A stretch of 64,000 nt of DNA from a virus. The notes beneath the pieces were generated by a model that worked only from the letters and a program-made list of their open reading frames with translations, did not search any database and was not told the origin of the DNA. Positions 12,301-22,069 of the stretch are shown here, piece by piece. Every line of letters begins with the position of its first letter. Within the stretch, counting starts at the first letter, position 1. The stretch is taken from IMG/VR virus record IMGVR_UViG_3300003177_000005, positions 1 to 64,000 of that record. One strand, written 5' to 3'. The position numbers and the translations under genes are program-made.

Positions 12301-13325
12301 GTGTAATTATATTTAGAGTTGGTAAGAAGTTTGGATATGCTAGTAGAGAACCAGGTAAAGTATTATCAGTAAGTCCAAGTAATATAAAGATAGAATTAAA
12401 GTCAGGAGAAAAATTAACATTACCATTAGGACATTGGTTTGCTAAAGATAAGTCTGGTGTATCAGCTAAACATAATGTTATAACTACTTGGAAAAAAGGG
12501 GATAAGTTCAAAGCTGGTGATACTATCAGTTACGATACATTATTCTTTGAACCTAGTTTATTTGATCCAAAGAAAGTTACTTATAAGACAGGTGTCTTAT
12601 TAAGATTAGCATTCTTAGAAGACCCTGAAACTTATGAAGACTCTATGATGCTTTATGAGGAAAAAGGTCTTACGGATTTAAAAATTAAAAATAATAAAAG
12701 TAAAACTTTTAGATTTACTAATGAACAAGAGATAATAGACATCGTTAATATTAACGACAAGGTTAAATTTAATACACCCCTATTCACTATTATAAATAAG
12801 GACATTTTAAAAGATTCAAGTTTTGATAAAGAAACACTTAAAGAAATTATGGAAGCTCAAAAGAAATATCCTAAAGCTGGTGTTGATGGTGTTATATCCA
12901 ATATAGAATTAAGATATCATTGTGAATATAAAGAGTTAAGTAAGTCTCTACAAAGGGTGGCTGATGTAAGTAATAAATTAATGAAGATGACAAAACAAGA
13001 TCCTAATATAGATGGTGAAGTTGATAATACGTTTAGTTATAAAGGTGTACCTCTTTTAGAAGGAGAAGTTATAATGACTATAACTATAGAACACGAACAA
13101 CCAATGTCAATTGGTGATAAAGGTGTTCTTGGTAATCAGCTTAAGTATACTGTTGGTAATGCATTCAGTGAAAAGTATATAGTTAATGATGATAAGATAT
13201 TAGAGGGTTTCTTTAGTGTTAGATCACTAGAAGCTAGGATTGTTAATTCAGCTTTAGAAGTTAGTTTCTTAACTCAATTTCTAGAAGCTGGTAAGGAGAA
13301 AGTTTTAAAGGAGTACTTCGGTTAA
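9315..13325 (+). CDS. Virion RNA polymerase beta-like subunit (phiKZ gp178-like)
   Basis: TYTGEGGRS, SEATKDSSDVG, DDPKR, ETYEDS and GDKGVLGNQLK motifs; 1336 aa; AAGGAG RBS. Confidence 0.92.
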   Translation: MLTNEIFKQRFIAKTLDQFVHHKAIDVNKLDIAKDYVIGWLGFDNDLLPDKGFISFMDDKLNGYNINLYEPYNVDVRYRKDITKINQFKQESRLHFDSFLTVNKDKIKTLKEKNVPFIINAGVLKETITIDTRDYIDFFKNNDIRLRSLLNFFKTNLLTKHLIIPISINSIDSLNLEQMYRAMKLKDMALYGLVNKDENYFFKELLELIHPKYYENSVFFKYADILDRISFAFYFNNKIKFINLETLLGSVTDIFYVPKNEIITNKSNFKDVHKKLILSLKSTKLDLTLTKKDDIDTIEKKIKEEVTIEKTKEVIYKEDKLEDLNKIKFDNNLITKHLKSHIEMMEIPKAKVKKIEAELEESLKQNPIEEIDIDKLTLTEKDVNLPDLDFVQDKAMLRDTLNVKRQKIMKYVLSKIYRNTVFSIQRGGYIIKEYKEVLFKNNISKYYELHFTIKDIVGNSYKRMMVVPYIEENSTFKIYGNVYKLRFQKLDNPIRKIDGKTATLTSAIGKLFIKKADTGTYDASVSIVKQFKSRNNIKKIIFSTLKIIDVKLPRQYFVLSRKIKSFSYSGYQLFLDYLNRANYIGVNNDLEKIENDGLVLIGYNNYKKKFLLIDNDNKLTVYENNKYTKLNMDLYQFLDIDVDTLNVEHSTVKIFKSRIPVALLLTYYLGLTKLLDLLKAKYEIRDTTTLRMNKNQYGIRFNDKSIVIDKDYGLNDMILYGLVTVNKHLKKISINTVDNKKQFRDIFSIMDLPLLVINEIDLLEHLFIDPLTIVTLQNMKEPVNLPALLIRASELLLTDYSGHPNNADEMLLRGDERIASYLYKELVNSLRTYRNKKSFGRATLILDPYKIVKTLPSDSGTIIVNDVNPILALKDQEDTTYTGEGGRSKEAMVGISREFHESELGITSEATKDSSDVGVNVYTTSAPNFKSALGDSKKITDVKDLKPSMLNSTSVLLAPFGNKDDPKRKGFTSIMNTNIIATEGYKTLPVMTGYEGVIIFRVGKKFGYASREPGKVLSVSPSNIKIELKSGEKLTLPLGHWFAKDKSGVSAKHNVITTWKKGDKFKAGDTISYDTLFFEPSLFDPKKVTYKTGVLLRLAFLEDPETYEDSMMLYEEKGLTDLKIKNNKSKTFRFTNEQEIIDIVNINDKVKFNTPLFTIINKDILKDSSFDKETLKEIMEAQKKYPKAGVDGVISNIELRYHCEYKELSKSLQRVADVSNKLMKMTKQDPNIDGEVDNTFSYKGVPLLEGEVIMTITIEHEQPMSIGDKGVLGNQLKYTVGNAFSEKYIVNDDKILEGFFSVRSLEARIVNSALEVSFLTQFLEAGKEKVLKEYFG

Positions 13326-13333
13326 CCGAAGTA
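13314..13333. terminator. Palindromic hairpin over the RNAP beta stop codon
   Basis: TACTTCGGTTAACCGAAGTA perfect 20-bp palindrome followed by T-rich sequence. Confidence 0.6.
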
Positions 13334-13386
13334 TCTTACTTTTATAAAACTTTTATTGAAGAAACTTATAAAAATAAGGAAAGATT

Positions 13387-14826
13387 ATGAAAATAAACCC
13401 GATATACAAGAAAATTAAATATGCTGGAAATTATGCAAGTAAGATAGCTCTTGATGAATTATCTAATAGAGAAGTTGAACTATCTAATGTAACTATAGAT
13501 ACATTATATAATACTTTTGACACTATTTATAATCAGTTTATTAATAGTAGATATTTAGACGAAGATAAAGATGCTACTTATAAAGAAATTTATTATAACG
13601 ATTTAGCACCTTTAGCTACTGTTAACCTAGATCCAGCTAGATTAACTAATACTGCTTACTTAGATGTTTTAGGTCTTAAAATAGCTAATGCTGTTGATTT
13701 CTGTAGACTTAATGTTTTACCAGTTGTTAAAAATACAGTTATGGGAGTTAATGAAGAGTTAAAAAAAGTTAATAATAAAATTGTTAGTATAGATAGAAAA
13801 CTTAAAAAGGTAACCATACCAGAAATTGTTTTAGAGAGTTTCCCGTACTTACCTGAAGTTGAAAGTAATTTTGATTTAACAAGAGAAGTCATATTCCGTT
13901 TGTACGATGATGTTAATATATTAGATATACTTAGTGAAAGACAAACAAGTGCTTATGGTCAAAAAGTAGCTAATTATTTAAAAGGTAATTATGAAGCTAA
14001 ATTTATTCAAAGTGTATGTAATGATTTAAATTTATTTACTAGTAAAGATATCTATGATGCTGGTGTATTATCTAATGACAAATCATTAGACCAAACGGTA
14101 ATAACATATCTTCTTTTATTATTGTTACAATTAAGAGACCTTAAAGATGTAGCTAGTGATATAAAAGATAATGAATTACGCATATACACTAAAAACATTT
14201 CTGTTAGTTTATTTAATGAGTTAACTAGTTTAACTAATTTAGATAGTAAAGAAAATCCTATTTTTGTTTATCGTACATATAAAGATACTATGTATGTTAA
14301 TGAGAATATATATGATTTATTAGAAACTCATAATTTAACATTAGACAATGTTATTGGTGCTACTTTAACAAATGGTCTTGAAACTGGTCGTATTAGATTA
14401 AATCAAATTCTATCAAACCTTGAAACTATTAAGTCTAATTATATTGCTAAAATTAATCATCTTAAAATTGAAGCTGATATAGAGAACAAGAAATATTTAA
14501 GATTGCATCTTAATAATATTTTATTAGAAAATGTTTCTAAAATACCAGCGTTAAAAGATGATAAAGAAAAATTAGGAAAAGTTATTGACCACATTAGTAA
14601 AGTTGTAGGTAATATTAATATAGAAATACTACAAGATATAGAAAAGTTTGTAGCATCTTTAATTTTGGATATATTTTCTGATCATAAAGTTGTTAAAACT
14701 GTTTATCTTAAGATAGCTAAATATTATGAAACTTTAGAACTAAAACCAAAAGATAGTATAGCTTATGTTATATTTGAGATTATAATTGAACATTTATTTT
14801 TACAAGTACATACAGTAGAAGTCTAG
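13387..14826 (+). CDS. Hypothetical protein (position of phiKZ gp177-like gene)
   Basis: 479-aa ORF with AAGGA RBS; orthology inferred from synteny only. Confidence 0.7.
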   Translation: MKINPIYKKIKYAGNYASKIALDELSNREVELSNVTIDTLYNTFDTIYNQFINSRYLDEDKDATYKEIYYNDLAPLATVNLDPARLTNTAYLDVLGLKIANAVDFCRLNVLPVVKNTVMGVNEELKKVNNKIVSIDRKLKKVTIPEIVLESFPYLPEVESNFDLTREVIFRLYDDVNILDILSERQTSAYGQKVANYLKGNYEAKFIQSVCNDLNLFTSKDIYDAGVLSNDKSLDQTVITYLLLLLLQLRDLKDVASDIKDNELRIYTKNISVSLFNELTSLTNLDSKENPIFVYRTYKDTMYVNENIYDLLETHNLTLDNVIGATLTNGLETGRIRLNQILSNLETIKSNYIAKINHLKIEADIENKKYLRLHLNNILLENVSKIPALKDDKEKLGKVIDHISKVVGNINIEILQDIEKFVASLILDIFSDHKVVKTVYLKIAKYYETLELKPKDSIAYVIFEIIIEHLFLQVHTVEV

Positions 14827-14851
14827 AGCTCTACTGTATGATACTTTATTT

Positions 14852-15550
14852 TTATCTATTGTAGTACTTGTCCATAGTTGTACCTTTCTTTGTACCTTTA
14901 CGAACAGCTGATGTAACACCTCTTTTAAAATAAGGTCCTGTTATCTTTTGATAAGTTGTAGCATAATCACTATTATTTATTAACCCTGTGAATAATGGTC
15001 GTCCTTGACATTTACCTTCTCTGTAATATCTAGATGGCACATCTGGGTCTTTAGCGTTAATAGACCAAAGGACACTAATGATGGGTAAGTTACTAGAGAA
15101 GTTAGAACCAGCATAAACACCAGCATTACTAAACAGTGTAGTACCATCATCATCGTCTAAATACCAAGGTACCATACCCTTCTGTATTATCTCTATAAAT
15201 AAATCAAAAATAAATGCATCAGTTATGGCGATATCTCTTCTTGTCATAAATAAAGCATCTTTTTCAAATGTACAAACATAATACTCTTGTCCATCTATTT
15301 CTTCTGTCTCTATATCAGTTGGTTCCATCGATATAAGTGTTGGTGCGTTAAGTATAAAGTATTTATCTTTAACAACAACAGCAAAACAAGTTAATACTTG
15401 TGTATAGTTCTCTATAGAACAAACACCAACATTAACAAACCTAGTAGGGAATATAACCTTACAACTTTCATTTACAGTAACAACACTCTCTTTTACATTT
15501 AATACTTTCTTAGCTAAATTTTTATCTCTTTTTAATTTAGTAATATCCAT
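14852..15550 (-). CDS. Conserved phiKZ-like protein (gp176-like)
   Basis: MDITKLKRD...CKVIFPTRF...KGMVPWYL...KITGPYF resembles this jumbo-phage family; synteny with vRNAP and protease genes. Confidence 0.7.
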   Translation of the reverse strand: MDITKLKRDKNLAKKVLNVKESVVTVNESCKVIFPTRFVNVGVCSIENYTQVLTCFAVVVKDKYFILNAPTLISMEPTDIETEEIDGQEYYVCTFEKDALFMTRRDIAITDAFIFDLFIEIIQKGMVPWYLDDDDGTTLFSNAGVYAGSNFSSNLPIISVLWSINAKDPDVPSRYYREGKCQGRPLFTGLINNSDYATTYQKITGPYFKRGVTSAVRKGTKKGTTMDKYYNR

Positions 15551-15613
15551 AAACTTCCTTTACTTGGATTATCAATTAATGGAGTAATTACGGATATTTA
15601 CACATTAAGAAAA

Positions 15614-15719
15614 TATCCATATATTATTTAAATAGTGACTGACATTACTATTAGTTGTCTTCTCTTAGAAAGATCCCGTAATCAGCAATGATTATCACAT
15701 TCTCATAATTTAAGGAGTT
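15614..15719 (+). promoter_or_regulatory. Early promoter plus structured 5' leader (copy 1)
   Basis: TATCCA-TATATTAT box; AATAGTGA-ctgaca-TTACTATT hairpin; GTTGTCT linker; GTAATCA-GCAA-TGATTAT hairpin; CATAATTTAAGGAG RBS. Confidence 0.7.
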
Positions 15720-16349
15720 ATGATGAGAAATTATTTTAGTTATGACCTTTGGGTCAATTTGTTAACAGGACTTATGGTGGGTTTAATGGTCCTACTAACC
15801 CAATATATTTTCCAGATTGGTAGCCACCATCTCGCAACAGTTTCTGGGTTAGATTTTATTAAAAACGTGGCTGGTATCCTAACCACCATACTCGTCTTTA
15901 ATCGATATGTAAGTTTAAGAGGTGTTGAGTTAAAAAAGGCAGTTTTAATAATGTTTGTATCAGAGTCTATTTATTTATTAATAGAAGGAATACTCATATA
16001 CCTAATACTAACTGAAAACGATGAAGTAAAATTATTAAAGTTGATGACTTTCATTACTATTTTAGGTATGGGTTTCCAACACTTAATGGCTGAGTTGCAT
16101 CGTCAGTTTAAAGACTACTTTATTAAAGATGTTCGTTATAAGGATTTTTTAACAATAATACGCCGCAAGACAGCTATTATACCAAAGTTAGTTGGAACGG
16201 CTACTACACTTTTTATGTATATTATGACAGAATATTATGAATTTCAAGCAATCGATTTCTTTCATATTTGTTGGGTTTTAACCATAATACTTGTTATTGG
16301 GTTACTGATTAACAATTGGAAACTTTATCGATGGTACAAGGGGATTTAA
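15720..16349 (+). CDS. Polytopic membrane protein, about 5-6 hydrophobic segments
   Basis: Hydrophobic stretches throughout; RBS AAGGAG at 15712 (start may be ATG 15723); followed by GGGGATTTAATCCCC hairpin and T-run. Confidence 0.75.
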   Translation: MMRNYFSYDLWVNLLTGLMVGLMVLLTQYIFQIGSHHLATVSGLDFIKNVAGILTTILVFNRYVSLRGVELKKAVLIMFVSESIYLLIEGILIYLILTENDEVKLLKLMTFITILGMGFQHLMAELHRQFKDYFIKDVRYKDFLTIIRRKTAIIPKLVGTATTLFMYIMTEYYEFQAIDFFHICWVLTIILVIGLLINNWKLYRWYKGI

Positions 16350-16386
16350 TCCCCTACTCCAACTTTCTTTTTTTTCATTAAAATTT

Positions 16387-16423
16387 TATCCATATATTAT
16401 TTAAATAGTGACTGATATCACTA
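16387..16423 (+). promoter_or_regulatory. Early promoter with 5' hairpin
   Basis: TATCCA-TATATTAT-TTAAA-TAGTGA-ctgata-TCACTA. Confidence 0.7.
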
Positions 16424-16443
16424 ATTAAAAAAAAGGTGTAAAA

Positions 16444-17361
16444 ATGAAAAAAATATTTGAGGTATGTGTATATCACGCATTTTGTAATGACGGACAAATG
16501 GCGGCTACTGTAGCTAAGAAGTACCATAATGAAAATGGTAAAGATTTAAAGTTAATAGAAGGCATTCATGGCAAAGATTTAGACCCTGAAGTATTTAGGG
16601 ACAAAAAAGTTCTTATGGTGGATTTTGCACCAAAAGAAGATAACCTTCTTGAAATTATTAAAGTGGCTAAGACAGTAACGATTATCGATCATCACGTTAC
16701 TGCTAAAGATATGTTAGATGGTCTAAATGAAGAAGATGTTAAAACCATCTTCGATAATGAAGAATCTGGTGCCACTTTAACCTGGCAATACTTCTATCCT
16801 AATACTAAAACACCCGAAATAGTTTTAGATGTAAAAGATAGAGATATTTGGGAGTGGAAAAGAAATAATACCAAATATACCACTGAAATATTATTTGCAA
16901 CTCCTTTTGTCTTAGAAGAGTGGTTATCGTTCTTATACGATAACCTAAAATTAAGAGATGAGAAGTACTTCCAGACAATTGAAGCTGGTAAAATTCTCTT
17001 AAAGAAAAAAGAATTTGAAGTGGAGAAAGCTATGAAGTTAGCATTCCCAGCCACCATTAATGTTAACGGCAATGTATTTAATGTAATCGTAAATAATGTC
17101 AGTAAAGACATCGAATCTGACCTTATGAACAGATTACTGATAGAAGATGTTGATAAAATCTATGACTTTGCTCTTAATATAAAGTTTAAAGGTAATGGCA
17201 AGATTAGTATGTCATTTAGAAGTACTAATGACAGAACTGATGTTTCTGAAATTGCTAAACAGTTTAATGGTGGTGGTCACAGAAATGCTAGTGGTGGTCT
17301 AACAACTATATCAGAACTATTTGTTATGAGTAGAGGTATTCTGGATAGTATGGATGGGTAG
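16444..17361 (+). CDS. DHH/DHHA1-family phosphoesterase
   Basis: YHAFCNDG, MVDF, IDHH, DRDIW, SFRS and GGGHRNASG motifs. Confidence 0.9.
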   Translation: MKKIFEVCVYHAFCNDGQMAATVAKKYHNENGKDLKLIEGIHGKDLDPEVFRDKKVLMVDFAPKEDNLLEIIKVAKTVTIIDHHVTAKDMLDGLNEEDVKTIFDNEESGATLTWQYFYPNTKTPEIVLDVKDRDIWEWKRNNTKYTTEILFATPFVLEEWLSFLYDNLKLRDEKYFQTIEAGKILLKKKEFEVEKAMKLAFPATINVNGNVFNVIVNNVSKDIESDLMNRLLIEDVDKIYDFALNIKFKGNGKISMSFRSTNDRTDVSEIAKQFNGGGHRNASGGLTTISELFVMSRGILDSMDG

Positions 17362-17392
17362 TCTTCGGACTACTTTCACCTTTCTTTTTTTT
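17358..17392 (+). terminator. Intrinsic terminator
   Basis: GTAGTC-TTCG-GACTAC stem with C(UUCG)G loop, followed by a T-rich tract. Confidence 0.75.
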
Positions 17393-17454
17393 CTAAACTA
17401 TAGTATTAACCACATTTTTATGATATATATAAAAATAATATAAAAAGGTATGGT

Positions 17455-18222
17455 ATGAGTAATTTAAAGATTATTTATAGTCAGGATATAATTAAAAATC
17501 CTGGAGAATTAAAATTCGACAAAGATGGTTATGCTTGGTTAAGAGTTGGTGGATATAATGTAATGAACAGTGCTGGTCAAAAATATGTTATAACTGATAA
17601 AGTTAGAGCCTTATATGCTGAAAACTCTGCTTTACAAAACCGTATTAAAAATGGACAACAATTTGGTGAGCACGGTCATCCAAAGTTAGTCCCTGGTATG
17701 TCTATTAAAGAATTTAGTAAAAGACTTTCAATCGTAGATGAAAATAACATAAGTACACATCACAAAGCTGTTAAACTAGTAGATCATCCTAATGGAGAGG
17801 TTGGAGTTTATAGTTTATTAAAAGGTCACGGTGTTCATGGTGATTTAATTAATAAAGCTCTTAGAGATAAGAATGTTAATGTCTCTTATTCAGTTAGAAG
17901 TCTAAGTATGGGACAAGTAGTTAATGGTGTACTACATAAAGAGGTTTATCATATTAATACTTGGGATGATGTGACAGCACCTGGTATTAAAGGAGCTGAT
18001 AAGTTTAGTACTATACGAGAGGGGTTAGTTAGTGTTGATATGGAAAGTAGAGACTTTTTAACTTTCGACGCAGAGAGTAAAGCTGATAAAGCAATCGTTA
18101 TGGATTTACTTCAAGAGTGTAAAGAAAGTTTTGATTTAGAATCTGAAACAGTACAGTTATTCACTACTATGTTAAGTATGTTTAGATGTGATGATAATAG
18201 TTGTAAATTTTATAATTGGTAA
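17455..18222 (+). CDS. Prohead maturation protease (phiKZ gp175-like, peptidase S80)
   Basis: GGYNVMNSAG, FGEHGHP, NISTHH, VSYSVRSL and TWDDVTAPGI motifs. Confidence 0.88.
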   Translation: MSNLKIIYSQDIIKNPGELKFDKDGYAWLRVGGYNVMNSAGQKYVITDKVRALYAENSALQNRIKNGQQFGEHGHPKLVPGMSIKEFSKRLSIVDENNISTHHKAVKLVDHPNGEVGVYSLLKGHGVHGDLINKALRDKNVNVSYSVRSLSMGQVVNGVLHKEVYHINTWDDVTAPGIKGADKFSTIREGLVSVDMESRDFLTFDAESKADKAIVMDLLQECKESFDLESETVQLFTTMLSMFRCDDNSCKFYNW

Positions 18223-18224
18223 AA

Positions 18225-18258
18225 ATACTAGTAAGGAGACAAGACTCCTTACTAGTAT
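18225..18258. terminator. 14-bp inverted repeat hairpin
   Basis: ATACTAGTAAGGAG-acaaga-CTCCTTACTAGTAT. Confidence 0.65.
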
Positions 18259-18387
18259 AACCCTTTTTACCGTTTAATATCACTGACTTTGTTATAACTC
18301 GTAAGTACAGTTGATATACTGTATTATAATTTAAAATCCACCATTTCTTTTTTTGTTTTAGTTGATAAGGCTAATTAAGGATATGAA

Positions 18388-20610
18388 ATGGCAGAGAGAT
18401 CAATACTTTATGATAAATTAAAATTGAATACAGAAACAGGTAATCATAACACTAAAAATTTAAGTTATGATGCTAAAGATAATATAGATGATAAATCTTG
18501 GGTTATAACAAGAATGTTAACACCTAATGGTGATCTAAATCCGACTGTTGCACGGAATAGATTCTATAACAATGCAATGAAAAAAATAGTTGACACATCT
18601 ATTGGTGGTCATATAGCTTTAAATCCTAGACCACAGTTTTGTCGTTACGCTGATCCCAGAGAGAAAGGTAGACTAGAATCAAGAGGAGAAGTAAGTCCTA
18701 GTAATGATACTCCTGGTTTAGGTATGGGTGAGTTTTATTCTAGAGCTTTTGATGATAACGCCCAACTACTTTTTTTACAGATGGGACTACCTGAATTTAC
18801 ATCTTTTATTAGCTGGTTAAAAAGAGCTGTATCAAGAGCTGAAGTCATAGTAGCACATAAAGGTTACTTACCTATGTCTTATAAGATAGGTAGAGTTATT
18901 GGTTCTTTAGGTGCTATAGCCTTTTTTGGTTTTGGTCGGTTCTTAGTTTTCTCGGCTTTACAATTTGGTATTAAATTCTTTGTAGGTAACGAAACAAATA
19001 AATACTATAAATTAAGACCAGAGATGGCACAGTTTTGGGGTAAAGCAAATGTTATATTAAATCAGATAGCTATTGAAAAAGGATTTACACCTTACTCTAT
19101 GGAAAAGAATCCTAATAAGAAGATAGGAGCTGCTTTAAGACCTGATAAAGATTTATTAGGATATATGAAAGAAGCTATGCCAGATATCATATCAGATGAA
19201 GGTAGAGTTGATATATATGCGATAGCTACTAGGTCACAAATATTAGCTAATGAAGTTATGAAATCTGAATATGAAAAATATGGTAATATAGATGGTAACA
19301 TAGATGATGTTCTAGGTTATACTAATATAAAATATAAAAAAGAGAAAGGACCATCTTTTCAAGATTGGTTTGAAAAATTAATACTTGGTGTTGATAACAA
19401 CGCTAGTAAGAAAAAAGAGACTGCTAAACCATTAGGTGTTGATGCAACTAGCGGATTGGGTGGTAGTCTGGGTGGTATAGGTTCTGCTATTGAAGGTATT
19501 ACAAGTACAGTCGCAAGTGTAACTGGTGCCATAAGTGATGTAAAAGCAGGTTTTGATGCTGTTCAAGATAGTACTAAATCTACTGATAGTAAAGATCCAA
19601 ATGAAGACCCTACTAATATACCTGATAGTGAGGGTAAATATTTAGCTAAAGCTGATGAAATAACAAGTACTTATATTGAACGGTTAAAGAAATATTTTAG
19701 ATCAACAGTACACGGTGGCGGTGGTTATTTAGCACTGCAAGTTGATTTAATAAAAGAGAGTAGTATAACTTTTAGTAATGAAGTTGGTAATATACCATTA
19801 GAATATAAACTAAATCAAATAGGTGGAGCTGCTTTAGATGCTCGATTCTCTTTATCCGATGGTAATATATTTGGTAATATGGTTAAGAGTGTTACTGACA
19901 CTATAGGTGAAACATTAAGTGGTGGTTTAGAAAGTATGACTTTTGGTTTAAGTAATATAGTTTATGCATTATTTGGTGGTGGTTATACTGAAATGGGTAA
20001 GATGTGGAAAAACAGTAGCGTTACATTTCCTCAATATACTTTTAGGATAGATTTGACTATGCCTTTTAACGAACCATTAGCAACGCTTTTATACCAAGAT
20101 AGTGTTATTGCAACTATATTAGCGGCGACTCTACCAACAGCTACTGGTAAAGCTACATTTACATCACCTATGTTAAGTTCTGCTTTCCTAAAAGGTCACC
20201 TTAATGGAACTAAAGGTATGATAACTAGTTTTACAATTAAACGAGGGGATTCTAATATAGGTTGGAATAGTGATAGACAAGCTCTTTCAACTGTATTAGA
20301 ATTTACTTATACCGACTTTACAGAACATTTAGCTGCTCCTGTTGTTATGAACGCTTTTGATATAGCTATAAATGATGAAGATAGTTTATCTAACTTCATA
20401 AGTACATTAGCTGGTAGATCTCTACACGAGAATAGATTTATATATCCAAAACTTATAATGAAATACTATAAAGCTAAGTATGGTGTTCAAGCAATGTTCT
20501 CACCTGCTTATCATAGTATGGCTCTATTTAATACCGTTGCTGTACCATTCCAAGCTGTTTTAGATTCTAACAATGTAGCGTATACAAATAACAGCCACAA
20601 GAACTATTAA
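18388..20610 (+). CDS. Conserved phiKZ-like virion structural protein (likely tail/baseplate)
   Basis: IGGHIALNPRPQFCRYADPR...GMGEFYSRAFDDN and C-terminal GMITSFTIKRG...GW resemble a conserved jumbo-phage virion family. Confidence 0.7.
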   Translation: MAERSILYDKLKLNTETGNHNTKNLSYDAKDNIDDKSWVITRMLTPNGDLNPTVARNRFYNNAMKKIVDTSIGGHIALNPRPQFCRYADPREKGRLESRGEVSPSNDTPGLGMGEFYSRAFDDNAQLLFLQMGLPEFTSFISWLKRAVSRAEVIVAHKGYLPMSYKIGRVIGSLGAIAFFGFGRFLVFSALQFGIKFFVGNETNKYYKLRPEMAQFWGKANVILNQIAIEKGFTPYSMEKNPNKKIGAALRPDKDLLGYMKEAMPDIISDEGRVDIYAIATRSQILANEVMKSEYEKYGNIDGNIDDVLGYTNIKYKKEKGPSFQDWFEKLILGVDNNASKKKETAKPLGVDATSGLGGSLGGIGSAIEGITSTVASVTGAISDVKAGFDAVQDSTKSTDSKDPNEDPTNIPDSEGKYLAKADEITSTYIERLKKYFRSTVHGGGGYLALQVDLIKESSITFSNEVGNIPLEYKLNQIGGAALDARFSLSDGNIFGNMVKSVTDTIGETLSGGLESMTFGLSNIVYALFGGGYTEMGKMWKNSSVTFPQYTFRIDLTMPFNEPLATLLYQDSVIATILAATLPTATGKATFTSPMLSSAFLKGHLNGTKGMITSFTIKRGDSNIGWNSDRQALSTVLEFTYTDFTEHLAAPVVMNAFDIAINDEDSLSNFISTLAGRSLHENRFIYPKLIMKYYKAKYGVQAMFSPAYHSMALFNTVAVPFQAVLDSNNVAYTNNSHKNY

Positions 20611-20623
20611 ACAATTAATTATG

Positions 20624-20656
20624 TACTTAGTAAGGAGATAATCTCCTTACCAAGTA
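20624..20656. terminator. Bidirectional terminator-like hairpin between convergent genes
   Basis: TACTTAGTAAGGAGAT-a-ATCTCCTTACCAAGTA. Confidence 0.65.
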
Positions 20657-21550
20657 TTAAACAGTATACAATAACCCATTATCTATGTCAGGTGCTTTAA
20701 ATGTATCTTCTTCAATAACTTGTTGCTTTCCTACTTTAACAAATTTTTCAAATACTTTTTTACTTTCACCTTTAAGTTTATATATTGGTTTCTCTTTATT
20801 TTTATCCATCTTACTCATTATACCTAATAAAGTATTATACCCATCTAAACTAATTTCCGCTTTACTATTATCTAAAAACTTAACTAAACTATTTTTAGGA
20901 TCTCTATCATAACGGCTTATTAAAGGGAATACTTCTTTTTCGTCTAATTGTTTTAATGTCTTAATGGGTTTTTTACTTTTACCTTTTCTTAATAAAGTAG
21001 GAGCTTGTTTAGCAATCTCTGTTTTCTTAAAACTCTTACCGAAAATAGTTTCTGCTGTATTAAAAGCATCAATATCACCAGAACATATTAAACCCAGTAA
21101 AATAGATGTTACTGCAAATTGTTCAACATTAGGTAACTCTATACCATATTGTTTATTAAAATCACTACTTAGATTTAAACAATCATTAACAAAAGTTTTT
21201 AACCATTTAACTTTATCCCATAGATTTATACCAAATAAACCTAAAGCAGCTGATAATAAATTGAATATCATTTCAGCTATTTTTTTCAATCCTAACTCAT
21301 CCAACCAAGCACTAAAATCAAATAGCTGTTTTAACTGGGCTAGAATTGATGAGATAAGGTTCTTAAACTTTGTTAGTAGTCTATCTATCATTCCTTTAAT
21401 ATCTGGCATTTTACCCTGTTTAACATAGTTCTTTGCCTCTTCTAATTCTGTAAAGAATCCTAGAGTAAAATCTTTATTCCCTATCTTCTTTAAATCTTGG
21501 AAATTTGGTTTATTTCCTTTACCTGTACCTTTACCACCAACGACTGCCAT
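20657..21550 (-). CDS. Hypothetical (probable virion) protein; lies on the MINUS strand
   Basis: The ORF track labels it +, but MAVVGGKG... is the reverse complement of sequence ending at 21550 (CGACTGCCAT), with an AAAAGGA RBS on the minus strand. Confidence 0.8.
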   Translation of the reverse strand: MAVVGGKGTGKGNKPNFQDLKKIGNKDFTLGFFTELEEAKNYVKQGKMPDIKGMIDRLLTKFKNLISSILAQLKQLFDFSAWLDELGLKKIAEMIFNLLSAALGLFGINLWDKVKWLKTFVNDCLNLSSDFNKQYGIELPNVEQFAVTSILLGLICSGDIDAFNTAETIFGKSFKKTEIAKQAPTLLRKGKSKKPIKTLKQLDEKEVFPLISRYDRDPKNSLVKFLDNSKAEISLDGYNTLLGIMSKMDKNKEKPIYKLKGESKKVFEKFVKVGKQQVIEEDTFKAPDIDNGLLYTV

Positions 21551-21654
21551 TCGTAAATCCTTTTAGTCTTAATTCTTCATTAAAATCATATTTTATTTAT
21601 CTCTATATTATTTAGTTGCCTAGTATATATTAAATTTTAAATCAGGAGTTAAAA

Positions 21655-22020
21655 ATGTCAGGAGTTAAAAAATCTCTATTCGTAGAGAAAGACTTTCAAG
21701 TTGAAGAGACAGATAATAACATTACTATTACTGTTAGTAAAGAACATTTTGAAAAAGCTGCACCTAAAGGTACAAGAGAAGCACTAGACTTTGTTAAGAA
21801 ATATGGTCAAGACTTTGTTAATGAAACTGCAAAACTTTATGAAGGTAAAGAAGAAAAGGAGTTATATGGTCAGTGTCATTTAGGGTATGAAGATGATGAT
21901 GTATTAGAAATTCAAACTATTAAAGATGAAGATAAAATCATTGTTGGTACACAGACTACACCAACATATATGACCTATGACCTTGGTCTTTTCTATAAAG
22001 AAGAAGATAAAGAAAAATAA
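21655..22020 (+). CDS. Acidic hypothetical protein behind an early-type promoter
   Basis: TATATTAT box at 21604; AGGAG RBS. Confidence 0.8.
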   Translation: MSGVKKSLFVEKDFQVEETDNNITITVSKEHFEKAAPKGTREALDFVKKYGQDFVNETAKLYEGKEEKELYGQCHLGYEDDDVLEIQTIKDEDKIIVGTQTTPTYMTYDLGLFYKEEDKEK

Positions 22021-22035
22021 GAACCAATATTAACT

Positions 22036-22069
22036 ACAGTACTATATGTCTTACGACATATAGTACTGT
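22036..22069. terminator. Bidirectional terminator hairpin
   Basis: ACAGTACTATATGTC-ttac-GACATATAGTACTGT 15-bp stem between convergent genes. Confidence 0.75.

Noticed and set aside
7662-13325. Inteins or introns in the RNAP subunits
   Set aside because: Lengths are as expected, the frames are continuous, and no intein terminal motifs or intervening endonuclease were seen
20657-21550. ORF track strand label '+'
   Set aside because: The listed protein is encoded by the reverse complement, so it was annotated on the minus strand
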